Shown here piece by piece: positions 26,654 to 39,800 of a stretch of 64,000 bases of DNA (the first letter of the stretch is position 1; each line of letters opens with the position of its first letter). The translations under genes and the position numbers were made by a program. Location of the stretch: the NCBI GenBank assembly GCA_030704615.1, contig CM060733.1, forward strand, positions 54,064,001 to 54,128,000. The letters are read 5' to 3'. The notes below the pieces were generated by a model that was given only the letters and a program-made list of their open reading frames with translations, made no database searches and had not been told where the DNA came from. This stretch comes from Takakia lepidozioides. Lineage: Eukaryota; Plantae; Bryophyta.

Positions 26654-28453
26654 CTATTTCCACGCAAGCCCTGTGCGTCCTATGAAAACAGCCCCTGTCA
26701 AATGACATATGAGACCTAGGCTTGTTCTTATGAGCCTTTCTACCACTCTGACCAGTTCCTTGAGTTTTTCACTCATTATCACCTCCATAGGGGACATCAA
26801 GATTCCCTTGTAGAAGTGATTCAGAATTTTTGATTTACCTGCTGGACTTTCTGACCACCTGTTTGATGTTCTACCCTGTGGAGCAATTCTTGTCGCACGT
26901 CTTTCCATCCCGCTAGAGGATTCAGCAGAACTCTCCTTCTTTGGTTCTGGTATAGGAGTGGGGGTAGGCATTGATATGGGAGTCCTTCGTTTGGGCATTC
27001 GAAGTTCATTGATGGTATGACTAGCCATGATCTCATTCAACTCAGCTAGGACCACATCCTCATGGTCACACATGAGCTCAAGTAGATTTGTTGAGTGCAC
27101 CCCTGCTGATCCCATCTGAGTGGCCTTGGCCCTGCACTGGTCCTCTGTATGCCCCATCATCTTACAGAAGGACACTGCTTTCCGCACTGATCAGTCCGAT
27201 GCCCATTTTTGTGGCACTTCCCACACTTCAATGGGGTTCTTTCTACTGGACAGTACGCAGCGATGTGTCCTGGCTGCTGACAATTGTTGCACACTCGAGG
27301 CATCCCTCGTGGTGGCGTACAGCTCCCCGATGGTTCGGTAGTATTTGGCATGTGCTCAAAGTACTTTCTCAGTGTAAGATTAAGATTGTCTAGCCTTGTC
27401 TGTAGGAGACATTGGCCTTTCTTCAACTTCTTCTTCACCCTCCAAAGGTTCCATTGGGGTCTCTCCGATCTCCTCCAACCCCTTTTCCACCCTTATTGAT
27501 GTTGCTACTGCCTCATCTATGGTCTGAAAGGTTGCTCCTAGCAACAATCTTCTTATCTCAGGGCGTAGTCCAGCGGTGAACCTCCTGCTTTGTTCAAGAT
27601 CTGCAATTGCTCCCCTCTTGAACAAACGATCCAAGTGCTCGTAGTATACGGACACTCTCTATCTGGACTCTTGCTTTACTGAATCCATCTTCATCTTCAA
27701 CTCTATCGGATCTACTTCACCAAACTTCGCTGTAATGGCAGTTTTGAAGGCTGCCCACGTGGCTGGTTTGGGATTTTGTCTCCTATACCAGTCATCTGCC
27801 GTACCCACTAGGTTCAGCCTTGCTACCTTTAGCATCTTGTCGTCAGCGTACTCCTTAACATCCCCTGCCATCTGATCTTTCCAGCCAGTCCTCCACGTCC
27901 TTGCTCTCCCTTCCATGAAAGAAAATGTCGATGCCTAAAGGGCTGGTCATGATTCTCAGCTCCTTCCCTGTTTGCTTCTACTTGCTATGCTTCAACACTC
28001 TTGTTTTAAGGATACTACCTGGTCTGTCCTCTCCCTTGCTTCAAGCATCAATTCTCAGCCTAATGTTGGCCCCTGTACCATTCCCACCTGCCATTCCGTA
28101 GCATCTCTACTCTCCCTCCCCATGTGACTTCCCTAGCCATGGTGTTTAGAAGTATCCATTCATTATTTTCTCTCTCCCACATGGCTATGGTGCTTCTGCC
28201 CCCTGCATGTATAACTCTTATGCATAAATCCCCATTGTAGAGTTTCCACGATGGGTTATAGAAATAGATTCTAGGCTCTCTAGAGTTGCCTGTATTTTGC
28301 TGGCTGAAACATATTAGGATGTCCCCTATACCAGGCTGCTCTGAAATGAGGGCCTGGTCTCTTCCTGACATCTCTAGGTTCTCATTGTTATCTCAGACCT
28401 ACCATTCTATCCTCTATAAGCTTGTTCATCAGGAAAGAATTGCTTTGATACCA
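26654..28453 (-). mobile_element. Ty3/Gypsy LTR retrotransposon relic: PBS plus gag (capsid and CCHC knuckles), frameshifted
   Basis: PBS tggtatcaaagc (tRNA-iMet-like) at 28453-28442. Gag segments LNLVGTADDWY...TWAAFKTAITAKF and FTAGLRPEIR; knuckles CNNCQQPGHIAAYC, CGKCHKNGHRTDQC and a degenerate FCKMMGHTEDQC. Confidence 0.88.
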
Positions 28454-28929
28454 AAAGAAGGGCCTACCTAAAGGTCCACTCTACCTTGTATTACCCTTTG
28501 ACACCCCTTGGATAGAATGCTGCCACAGCGGAAGAGAAGACAACATCTCTGAGCTTGATTTCAACCAAAACTAATCTATGTATGGCATATTTAGCATTTT
28601 TTGGGCATAGTCACGGCTCTCAGATTTTTGGGACTAGCTTAAGTTTTCTTGCAGTAAAGCATGAAGATTATCATCATTCTGGAGTGAGCACTAGAATCAG
28701 CTTGGTGTGAAGTAGAATGTATCCATTAACATAGAGGTGGTGTTATGATGGTTAGCTAAAGTGTTTTGTGAGGACTAACTCTCGTGCATCGAAGCAGTTG
28801 GTTTGCGTTTATACAAAGAGAGGCTGCAGGCTTAGCTAGCATGCACGATACGGTTGTGTACTAAGAATAGTGAACTGATACCAGTATGTAGTAGGGTAGT
28901 TTCTCCATGCACTTCTCTGCAAAGCCAAG

Positions 28930-29656
28930 TTAGTTAGGGGATAGAGTATGGAAGCAAGTTATTGGTATCCCCATGGGCTTTTCTTGCTCACCCTTGTGGT
29001 GTAATCTGTATTTTCTTCACTATAAATTCAACTTCATAAATAGGTTGGCCTCACTTGGCCATACTGATTTTATGTCAAGGTTCTGTCATGCATTAAGATA
29101 CATTGATGATATTTGTTGGCTTAATGTTGGTAATGCTATGGAATTCTTAAACCCAAATGCAATCCGCAAGGAGGATAATCCGTTTTGGATTTATCCCTTA
29201 CAATTTGTTGAGATCAAACCTGAAGTGGTTTCCTACTCTCTTTGTGATCCTACAAGAGGGGTCAAAGCCCATTTTATGAATATGGAAAGAGAAATGTCTG
29301 CTCGGACTCTTGGGCTGTTCAGAAATATGATAAAAGAAGAGTACTCCCTTTATACTCAGTTTATCATGATGGGGTCCAACAAACCCGTGAAACAGTCCTA
29401 CAACACCATCATTTCACAAATATTTCCACTTCTCTACTTGTCAAACTCGGTGTATGCTGCCTTCCGAGAGATCCTTGATCTCATCCGTATTCTTGAATCT
29501 AATGGCTTCCGAAGGGATTCTCTTCTACGGATCTCCATTGCCTTTTTGAAGGAGGGAAGCTTCCCCAACCTTCGCTTCTCCCTCACCTCTCTTCTTTCAT
29601 TACTTAAAGGTATGCATACAATTGCTCCTCCTTTCTATTATTCTCAAGCATTATGA
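28930..29656 (+). mobile_element. Penelope-like element reverse transcriptase fragment (RT core plus thumb; Naiad/Chlamys-like)
   Basis: KQVIGIPMGFSCSPLWCNLYF ... RYIDDI ... IYP ... AHFMNME ... SNKPVKQSYNTIISQI ... LESNGF, which are PLE-type RT motifs. An internal deletion or frameshift is present. Confidence 0.75.
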
Positions 29657-29934
29657 TTCAGATGTGGCTTGTGTATTGTTCCATGGTATGTCTTCATACT
29701 CATGAAAATGGAATACACCTTTGATTGAATTTCCTTTTCAGATTTCTAGAGAGCTACACACATAACCTTCAGGGTTATGAATGGCATATGGTGTGTCATA
29801 ACGTGTTAGTTGTAGAGGAGAGTTTTATTGTAATCTTTAGTATTACATTGAGAAGAATGGTGTGCCACCCCTATTGGGTGAGTGCATACTCATCTCACCC
29901 AATTGAGGAGATGACCACCATGGGTTTGGGTGGT

Positions 29935-29937
<3 letters not shown>

Positions 29938-29976
<39 letters not shown>
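29938..29976 (+). repeat. (CT)n microsatellite
   Basis: Directly visible. Confidence 0.95.
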
Positions 29977-29979
<3 letters not shown>

Positions 29980-31009
29980 ATACTTGACTGTGGATATGTT
30001 CTTTGTAACAACACTCAAGAACTGCCTGAAAATGAGAGGCCTGAGGAATTTTTTCTCTCTCCCTCTTTCCTTAAATGTTGCTAAGATTTTTATTGACAAC
30101 ATTCAAGAATTGCCTAATCCCGTTATTCTGTTCAGATTTTTTTGTCTAGAACAGAACGGGGAATTGTATAACGGGATGACTCACTAGGATGACTCATTAG
30201 GGTTCACCCTAGAGGTCTTAACCTAAAGCTGCTGCCCTACATGGTTAGTATGCTTGGCCACTCTTCTCATTTGGAAGATGAGCAGGCAAGAGCTGAAGGA
30301 GCTGACTACACTATGTCTACAAGCAAGGTATCCATTCAGACTCCTTCAACACTGTGATGGGCTGCTTAGGATGGCAACACAAATAGAGTTGACACTATGA
30401 GGAACTTACATGGACTTGACTAAGCCCTACTGCGGGTAAAAAACGTGTGTCGGCAGGATTTTCAGACAAATGATATGGTCGGAGTGTGCATGTCGGAATG
30501 CAGAGCACGATGGATGAAATGGAGGACGAAGTAGGGATGAGCGGAGATCATCTAGAGTAAATTCAGCACATGCATTGCACCACTGACGGATGAAATAAGT
30601 GGGAACTTCATCCAAAAAGTGGGATGGATGAGGGAGAAGTTACATAATGCAGAAGTTGGATTGAGAGGGATTTCATCTGCAGTAAGATTTGGCCTATGGA
30701 CGGATGAACGGTGGTAGGTAGGAGTTCATCCAAGGCAGCTGAGTGGATAAGAATACAGGCTGGAAGGGTTGGATGAATTTCGTGGGATATCATCCAGCTT
30801 CAGGGATGATTTTTGCCCTAAATAAATGGACGTGCATGAAGAATTAAATATCAGTAGGTGCTATCCAGGCAAGGTGAGAGGGGGATAACACCCGCACACT
30901 CTTGTCATATTAATTGGTAAAATGGTCACAAGGCATGGAGGTGGCGAGTTGATGGGTTGCCAGCTGAATTCATGGGCCTGAAGAAGACACGTGGACACAA
31001 GAGTACTCG

Positions 31010-31658
31010 ATGTATGTTGTGTCGTATGATGAGGGAACCAAAAATGGTATCATCCAAATTCCCACGCCATCCGAGTTGGAGGAGGAAGAGGAACAATGGC
31101 ATTCAGGCTCGGAGGATGAATCAGAGGAGGATGAGGAAGGGAGTCATTGGCACAACAACCATGATGATCTCATATGGCTTGCTGAAATGGAAGGCGATGA
31201 GCTGGAAGATCAAGAGCTGATAGAACTGATTGACCAAGCAGCCCAACAAGGAATGACCAGCATGTGCTTGAGGGATGCATACAGCAAGGCTTGGGAAAAT
31301 GAATTACGCGGAGAGGAAGAAGATGAAGACGATGACTATCAGGACTGGCTGCAGGATTGGCTTTGAAGAGAGGGAGAGGTACCAGCGAGCTAATGTGTCT
31401 ATCCTTGGAATCATCAACTCAATGCATGGGGTTGAACAGGAAGTAGCCAACCGTTGGGAAAGAGTCCAAGCGAGGCTGAGGCTGAACCCAAAGTTGACTG
31501 AACAGCAAAAGAAACAATTGTTGGAGATGTTGGAGAGAAACCAAGAAGTGTTTGCACTAAGTAAGGCTGATCTTGGATTCTGCAAGGATGAGGCTTTTGG
31601 CTGCAGAGTAGGTGCCCTAAAACTAGAGTATGCAAAGAAAAAAAATAGGATGTGCTGA
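31010..31658 (+). mobile_element. Gypsy pol fragment (acidic linker and pre-RT region)
   Basis: LNPKLTEQQKKQLLEMLERNQEVFALSKADLGFCK is the typical segment just N-terminal to Gypsy RT; the frame is truncated afterwards. Confidence 0.65.
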
Positions 31659-33545
31659 TCTCTGCGACGATGAAGCGCTTCGCGTCGATGAAGCTTGATC
31701 CAGGCAAAGTCTCCACTCCACGGCAGTCCACTCTTCCGATACTCCAAGCTCCTTGAATGTCACGGTCAAGGAGATGGCAAGCCAACGTGGTAAAGACGTG
31801 TGCACCTGTTAGCATTAGCTTTTACACCAAACTACTCTAATATCTTTATTAGTGAGATGCACTAACTAAATTGGGAGTGCTAGTTAGTATAACTGTAAGT
31901 GGGGCACCTAAACCCAATAGTTAGCTTAAATGACACTAACTATTGGGTGCCTAACTGTAGGTGGGGTAGGGCCATAAGAGTGTCTAGTTCCATATAATAT
32001 GACTGCATAATACTCGAAAATTTTTCCACGATCTCGATCGATAACAATAATTTGATTTTGGAAATTTATGTCTTGAGTTTCCTTGCACTTCATTGTCTGA
32101 AAATGTGTGAAATACCAAGAATCATTTATCAAAGTACTCTAATCCAACCAGCCTGACGGATTTAAGTTAGAGTCTTACCAGCTAGTTGAACAGACTATCA
32201 ATGACCATATTATTGTTGGGTAATGAAGCAAGCTATGATTTTAATATGGCTTGAGGTGCCTAAGTACCACTCGGCTATGTTTGGGGAGCACGTTCGTGTG
32301 CAAGGGGGAGTCTAAGGGGAATGAAAGTGTCAAAAATGCGAGTATCAAAAACTTAAAAGTATCATAAGCTTTGTGTTGGTAGTTGATGAGTGGGTGAATA
32401 GACCAAAATTTTGGTGAGTATAAAATCACAAGTGAATTTTAAGTGAGCATATTAAGGATTTTCAGATATAATAATTTTACATGCTCACATTAATTTATAT
32501 ATGGACATTTGTTTTTGTAGACATTAGAGTTTGGATTAGAATTAGATTCGGCATTGTAGTTCTCTAGCGAATCACCCATTATACTGTGTATGTGTATGTA
32601 TGGTCCGCTAGCAAAGTGAGCTCAAGCATATTTCTGCCCCTGACTCAACCTAAATCTTAACCCACATTATTAGTGTAGACCTTACAAAATTTGTCGAACG
32701 TACAAGTTTGATTATATTCTCATGTACAAACCTAAAAAACTTTGGCTGTCACCCACTTACCAAAGTTCATCCCTCCCTTCGAAGATGAAAAGAAAAGAGC
32801 AGAACATGAAGAGATAGGTAGTTATAACAAACTACCTATCCTGCCAAATTTGGTACAATATGTCATAGTTTTAACGATTGCCAGTTTAGTCATGGTTTAC
32901 TGAAGACAAATGACATACCTAATATTTTGATGAGATAAACAATGATAGGGTGTTCTAGTTTTCAAAAGTTTGATAGAAGTACTCCATATATACAATGCAA
33001 CACTTGTATATTAAGTTAATGACGGTTCATCGTCCTCTTGTCGATCTCATTTATATGTCTATCCCCTTAAATATCTCTCGACTTCTTTTTCAAAGTGTCA
33101 TCTTCAACAATCTCCCCTTCAATAGTCTTTTCATCTCTATCTCCTACTCCATAAACACTACACCATTATTATAGTTTCATCCTTCTTGATTTTGAAATCT
33201 ATATCACTAGTAAAGCATGTTGTTGTGTTTTCCACAAGATCTTTTCATCTTTTTTTTCCCCCTTTTTCTCTCTCATCGCCATCTTCCTTACTCTTTTTGT
33301 ACTCCCCATCTCTGTGCCAAAGACCCCCCCTTAGTGCACACACTGTTGAGTCCCTAGTAAGACAATAGGTGTGATATGTCATTGGTCAATCTATCACTTC
33401 CTCATTGACAATGGATTTTTTTTCAATGTCACTAGATTGCAAGTCAACCATACGATGGGTAACTTCATAGTTATTTCTCGAATATCGGCAGTACGTGAAA
33501 GGAGCTCAAAATTTCTTTCTTCATTGCATCGGCAAATTCTACAAG

Positions 33546-36500
33546 ATGGTTGCAGTACTTAGCCACCAAAAAGTGACTTTGACCGTCATCGGAATATTAG
33601 GCCTGCCTTCTTTGCCTTTTCAATCCCTTGCTCAATCATACATTTACTTTAATGCAATGCAACATCCCATAAACAATGTTCAGTCATGATGGTTTACCTA
33701 ACTTTCATAGCCATGGCATCTCTTGGAAGACTTGGAATGATAACAAGGGATTCACATGTATGTGAGTATGGGTATCAGATATGAATATTGGACATCTCTT
33801 AGCTAGTTTTTAAGTTATTTTATGAAAACAAATGTGAGGCTCAATCGGACGTCCATTTTGGGCATGACAAGTTAGTTGAATGATAGATCATATGTCCCAT
33901 TTCACCCAACACTCTTTTGGTACAATTTGTATATCGTTGGCATCCAAGCGAAACGCAACTTTATAGATTCTAGTCTTGGTCAATTATTGCTTGTCATGTC
34001 AAACTTGGAACGACATATTATCTTTAAAGAGCCCTATGCAACAGTTTAGCGCAATCTCTTAAGTTGTAGTTTTGCAAAACTAACCTTGTATGATAATAAA
34101 TCCTACTACTGACTCTAGTACAACACAAAATATCGATCTGGCTATGCAAGTACTTCACCTTGCATAGGGTAATGTCTAATGAGCTCATCCCTCCAAAAGT
34201 TGAAGTCAATCATAACATATCTCCCAACTTTGGTTGATCAACATAATTATTGAAGGGGTTCTATGGGGGTTATGGACAGGAAATATTTTCTCAATGGCAT
34301 TGTTCATGTCACCCATGTGAGTCCATGATCCCAATGCACATGACTTTTAATAAGTATAACAGATTGCTGTAGTTTACCTGAATGTTATCAACTGCACGCA
34401 AATATGTATCCCTTGTTGCATTGTAGGTCACACACAAACAAATCAAACTTTGCAAATGGTAGTGCAAAGACACGCAAAGAAAGAAGAATGACATTTAGGC
34501 AATAAAAACTCAGAATTACAATGGCTTGGAAGTGCCAAGTATGGTGGGTTTCAGGTTATACATCGTGGAGAGCCCCGAGAGAGAGAGAGTCAGAGAGAGA
34601 GAGAGTCGGAAGAGCAGGGAATGACGTAGAAAGGGAAGCAGAAACAGAATCGGAGACGCAGAAGGGCTTTATTGAATTTGTTAGCTAATATGGATTGGGT
34701 TGGCAGACCCACATTTGCGAAGATAATCAGCAGGAGGTCAACAGGGGATTTCTCTGGATTACCTTACGTGTGTACACTGCTCAATTGCTATCTCTGGATG
34801 TTCTATGGATCACCTTCAGTCTCAAATCTTATTCTGGTGATTACTATCAATGGTGCTGGTTTGGCAATGGAGTCTATGTACATCTGTTTACACTTGTATT
34901 TTGGTAGCCGAAAAAGCAGGGTACAATTTTTTGAATTTTTATCTCATCCATAGTACATGTTTTTTCAAAAATATATAATAAAATGTGTATGTCACCTAGA
35001 TTTTCCTTATCAAATCTTACATATAAGCTTCTTAGCGTGTGGCATTACATTCTAACATTGAATTAAATCTAGATCACACGCCAAACACTTAGGTTAGAAA
35101 TCCATTGATACATACACTACGAAGCGGATATATCTTTATGTAGTATCCATTTGTCAAGTTACGTTTGGACAGTGGTATGGACCGGAACCTATTGGTAGAA
35201 CACTCAAAGTTAATGAGGTTGTGACTATGATAACCTTCTGGATACGGACCTATTCTATCATTGATAAGATGCATTAGATCTGTTGCATATTACGACAGAC
35301 AAATGTGCATAAGTAGTTTGAGACGGGGTCATGGCTACAAGGAGACTGGGTACATGACTGCTAGAGCTCCAGCCATTTGGGTATGTCAGGTTAACATGAA
35401 GCTATTGTGGGTACGATCATATGGCTTCTTGTAGCAGATGAAATCTGTATCGACCAAAAAGTCGAAGAAAGAATCTTGACCAAAGGGAAAAAAAATCAAG
35501 GTGAAAAGCAAATCTAAATGATAGAATTTCTAAGATAATATAATGTCGACCAAGCAGATACAAAGAAAATATATTTGCCCTCAAACGGCGAGGAAATAGA
35601 TTTTTGTCAATCTTGAAACTAGGTCTTGAGTTTGTCTTCTAAAGATGCAAGTGAGCTTCAGCTGTGTTTGCCTAATTCAAGTGTGTGTGTGTGTGAGTGT
35701 ATGGTGTGCATCTTGCAGACCAAATTGATAAGTGGATTTAGTATAGTTTCCATCTTCTTTGCTATTGTGGTTATTGTAGTTATGCTTTGTGTGGAGAAGG
35801 GCGAGCGCCCCCTCGTGGTAGGCTCCATTTGCGTCATCATTGGTAGCATCATGTATGCCTCGCCCTTGGCTGCTATGGTAAGTGGCCCTTTTCACCCTGT
35901 CCCAATTTCCCAAATAGTGTGGTTAGCTGTGCAAAATTGTTATATCAATCGTTAAATTTTCTTCTTCATTGTTTACATAGTACTCTCGATAAGTTTTGAG
36001 GTTGAACCCATGTATGCACATTATGTGGGCTTGCACCTTGTTTGTACATGTCCAGGATAATACAATAATGGCAGCTAACCCGAGTCATCCATGATTGAGA
36101 AAAAACACTCTTGAATTGTAAATGTGAGTATGAACCCGCCACAACCCTTGCTAGAGCCTAGAAGAGAGCATTTTTAAGGTCCTACATAGTTTCCAAGGCA
36201 ATTAACAGAGTTGCGACATATGTGTGGATGTTGGCTGAACAGAGAAATGTGATAAGAACGAAGAGCGTAGAAAACATGCCCTTTACCTTATCATTAGCCT
36301 CATTCTTTAATGGTTGCGTGTGGACAACTTATGGTTGCATTGCGAAGGACAAATTTATCATTGTGAGCATCAAATTCTCAACTTCTTAAATCCAAATCTG
36401 TCAACAAGCTGATTACAACATATCGCCCAATGGCTTATGTAGGTGGGCCGGGATTCACTTTTGCCCGGCACATGTTGTGAGGTAGCAGAAACACAACAAC

Positions 36501-36844
36501 AAGGGGATCCATTACATAGTGGATACACAGATTGTCAGTAATTCGGGATGACAAAATACTATCCACTAATATTAGAAATGCACATAAAAAATTAAAGATG
36601 AGGATTTCAAAAAAAGACAAATTGTCAAAAAGAGACAATGGTTTGAATTGCTAAACCATATTAACTTGGATCAATGTCACAGATTCCGAACGGCTTAGGC
36701 ATATTGTTGTGTATGTGTCAATTGTTTTTGTATGGTGTATATTACAAGAAAGATAAATTGAGGGCTGCATCTACGCAAACGGAATTGTACACTTTTCCAA
36801 GTAAGTCCCTCAAACCAAAACTCATTTATCAATCAAAGATATAA
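33546..36844 (+). CDS. SWEET: SWEET sugar transporter (MtN3/saliva); exons 33546-33600, 34280-34316, 34707-34920, 35719-35877, 36243-36362, 36683-36844 (~248 aa)
   Basis: VIGILG|NIFSMALFMSP|IPTFAKIISRRSTGDFSGLPYVCTLLNCYLWMFYG...INGAG; MYASPLAAM|RNVIRTKSVENMPFTLS; IPNGLG...QLFLY. Canonical six-exon layout with 37-nt and 120-nt exons. The first donor is GC. Confidence 0.9.
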
Positions 36845-39800
36845 AACTTATCTGTTGAATTTCGCAACTAAACTACATTAAAGTTATAACCTTCCAGTGT
36901 CTTGAACTTCTTTGTACTATCACTTTGTAATTAGTTGCACAATGCGTTATGATTATATGTCAGTATTAAGTATCTATGATCCAAAGTCTTCAGAGTAGAA
37001 CTAAATAGTTTGTCGTTAAATGTCGACCACATGTAAACCGATGCAAAGTCTTATACTCTAGAGATATGGTTCAGACCTATTATGTTGGTAAGTATACATG
37101 CTTAGAAATATACATTTGTCTCTATCTTATTTCTTCCAAATTTGGCATGGTTAATTCTCCTTACAGTTTGCTTTCAGTCTCCACCTCTAATCTTGCATAT
37201 TTTTCCCACATCGTAAAACATATTCACTCCAATCATATCTTTCACTTGTTCTCACATAAATAGATTATTTCTTCTTTTGTCTCTTTTTGTTTCAATGAGC
37301 CTATGAGGGGATGGCTACAACAAGCAAGTCTAGGTCAAAAGTACTGTTCAAAGGGTCCAGACTTGCGCATGTACGTATGAGTCTCAAAAACAAATTCTAA
37401 GCGGGGATCTCATGGATCCTTCTAGTGGATAGAAATCCATATGCGCGATGGTGACAATCAGAGGTGGTATCAAGAAGCACCCATGTCTCACCCAGCTTAT
37501 CGATCCATATCCGAATGGAGTTTTCGTATTGCAAGGTCCAACACCACACCGTTCTCAAGATTGCGTCGGTGCAAACCAAAGATGTCAATCAACGCCTGGT
37601 CTCCTTTTTCTTTGTCTCTACTCTCTATGTACATGACATCTAAATAATATTACACCATCTGTAATTACAAATAAATTATTCACAAGCTGTTCGAGCCCAA
37701 AATTTGGATCTACAATCAAAAATGTATTTTATAGACTATATTTATATTTGTTTATATAATTGAGTTGAGTTGTGAGTTTTTGGTAGTTCCAAGAAATGAG
37801 GTTGATATTAACAATGGTTGATTTATGCTATGAGCAACTACGGAATTATTCCAACCTCAAGTGTCCAAAACATAATGAAGTTTTTTATGGATTGTCATCT
37901 AATCAAATTGAGTCTACATGATGGAGATTTGAGCACTATGTGGAAAACTGCTAGAGTGTTAAATATGCATTGAAAAACATCACAACAACAGTCTTGCATA
38001 GATCTAGAAAAGTAATCGATAAAAAGTAGTGAAGTATTGTGGCTTTTACTAGCCAAAAAGAAATGTGTGATGTACTATGTTCAATTGTATTTTTCAAAAC
38101 AAATCTAAATGTTTCTTCACAACTTTCATTTAAAAACAATTCACTTCTATAATCAAAACATAATTGCTAAAGTCTTTTGTTGATCAATTTGTTGGTTAAG
38201 GCCGAAGTTCTATTCTTTGTCTCTTGGTGCAAAATAAATAAAATAAAATTTGACAATGTTATTTTATGTCATTCAAGGCCAGAAATGTATATTTTGGCTA
38301 TGAAAGAGATTCAAACTTCAGAGATGTATATTAATGCACAACTCACATTAATTATTTATTTTAATTTTATAATCAAAGCTTAAGAATTAAATTACATTTT
38401 CTTGAGAAACTTTTTGGTTATAGCTGAAGGTCGAATACTGGCAGAAAAATGAAAAATAAAATAAAAATTGTTAGAGCTGTTTATTTGAGGTTCAAAATTG
38501 TATAATATGGCTAAAAAAAAATCAATGATGGCACTATGCTGATACCAACAAAAATTCATGCTCAATATCATTCTTACTTGAGCAAGATGAAAGATATCAT
38601 CAATGATGTGCTCTGAAAATAAGCTCCAGAGTCGATGAAAAAGGTGTTAATGCAACCACTCATATCCTTGAATGATGATCTCAATGTACTGAGAGTGATG
38701 TATGGTTGGGATGAAACCAACAAATGGACCAAAGCCACTAGCTTATGTAGTATCACCATCACATAGTACATCTACAAACCCAAAAGAACGATAATGACCC
38801 TCGGTAATGTAATAGAGCTCCGTTCGTTTACTAGATTATTGAATAGGCTTCAGCTATGTCAAATTAATCAACTCTAGAATCGCACAACCTCTAACTCTGA
38901 TATCGCTCAAGATCAAAAGTCGGCGGTTCCAAACGTAGGGCTAAGGGGACATTAGCCTCATCATTACTATTCTAAAGTCTCAGTTATTCGTAACAATCCA
39001 TCCACTACTCCCATACCATCAGTCACTACATCCTATCAGATTATACGTGGTCGAGCATCTCATCCAGCTTGGAATCTTCGATTACCTCTGTAAGCCCTGT
39101 ACCTGTTTTTGCATACTTATGCACTTTGCGAGCCCAGTTTCCTTGTATTCATTGCAGATTATCTCGGCCCTGGCTCGAGGATCACCACCAACATATTGGA
39201 CTATACGACAAGGCTGCAGAATGATGGGAAATTCTCCCACCGGTGCCTTGTCGTAGTATTTTTCATTATGAACATTATGGAGAGCTCCCGTGCTCGTTGA
39301 TGGTCGAGCTTCGGTGGAATATCAATCGATGAGATCATGACTGTGACATGATAGTTATCCAAGACTGTGTTGCTCATTACCGTACTATTACGTGTATACA
39401 AATTAAGATCTTATGTGAAGGTGTAGATGGAACCTCGGTTCTGATTGTTTAGTTTTAGAATGTGCTTGAGAAGATGAGGCTCCATATAGACTCAATTGTA
39501 GAGGAGCAAAGTAGACTGAAGTCTAGCAGCCAATTTTTTATGAAGACTTGAGGAATATCTGTTTTTCATGGCTATAACCGTGGAAGAATGTCAATACAAA
39601 ATATGAGGAGATTTGGTTTATGAGCTTCAGTGATGTGCCATTCAAGTGAAATGGAATGGACAACAACGGCCAGCTACAGCAAATATGGAAGAGATATTTA
39701 AAAAGTTTTATGATGAATTTTTATTTTTGTTACAAAAAATAATAACAATACAAGAATGTGCCAACAACTTAGCCACATTTTTTACATCTTGAATTGCTCA

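Larger units (their letters stand above)
26461..31974. mobile_element. Non-autonomous PIF/Harbinger-type TIR element filled with retroelement fragments
   Basis: Left end ggggcatgccccacctacagttagtgctcccaatagttagtgtc versus reverse complement of the right end tggccctaccccacctacagttaggcacccaatagttagtgtc. TAA flanks both ends (26458-26460 and 31975-31977). Subterminal agttagt/actaact repeats are present. Confidence 0.8.

Noticed and set aside
29650-30430. Hammerhead ribozyme next to the Penelope-like RT
   Set aside because: No intact CTGAnGA...GAAA core with supporting stems was found by eye; a covariance search would be needed.
10882-36844. A co-regulated reproductive gene cluster (clade II bHLH, IQCE-like, SWEET)
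   Set aside because: Only proximity supports it. The inferred tissues differ (sporophyte tapetum-like cells versus sperm) and no shared regulatory signal was seen.
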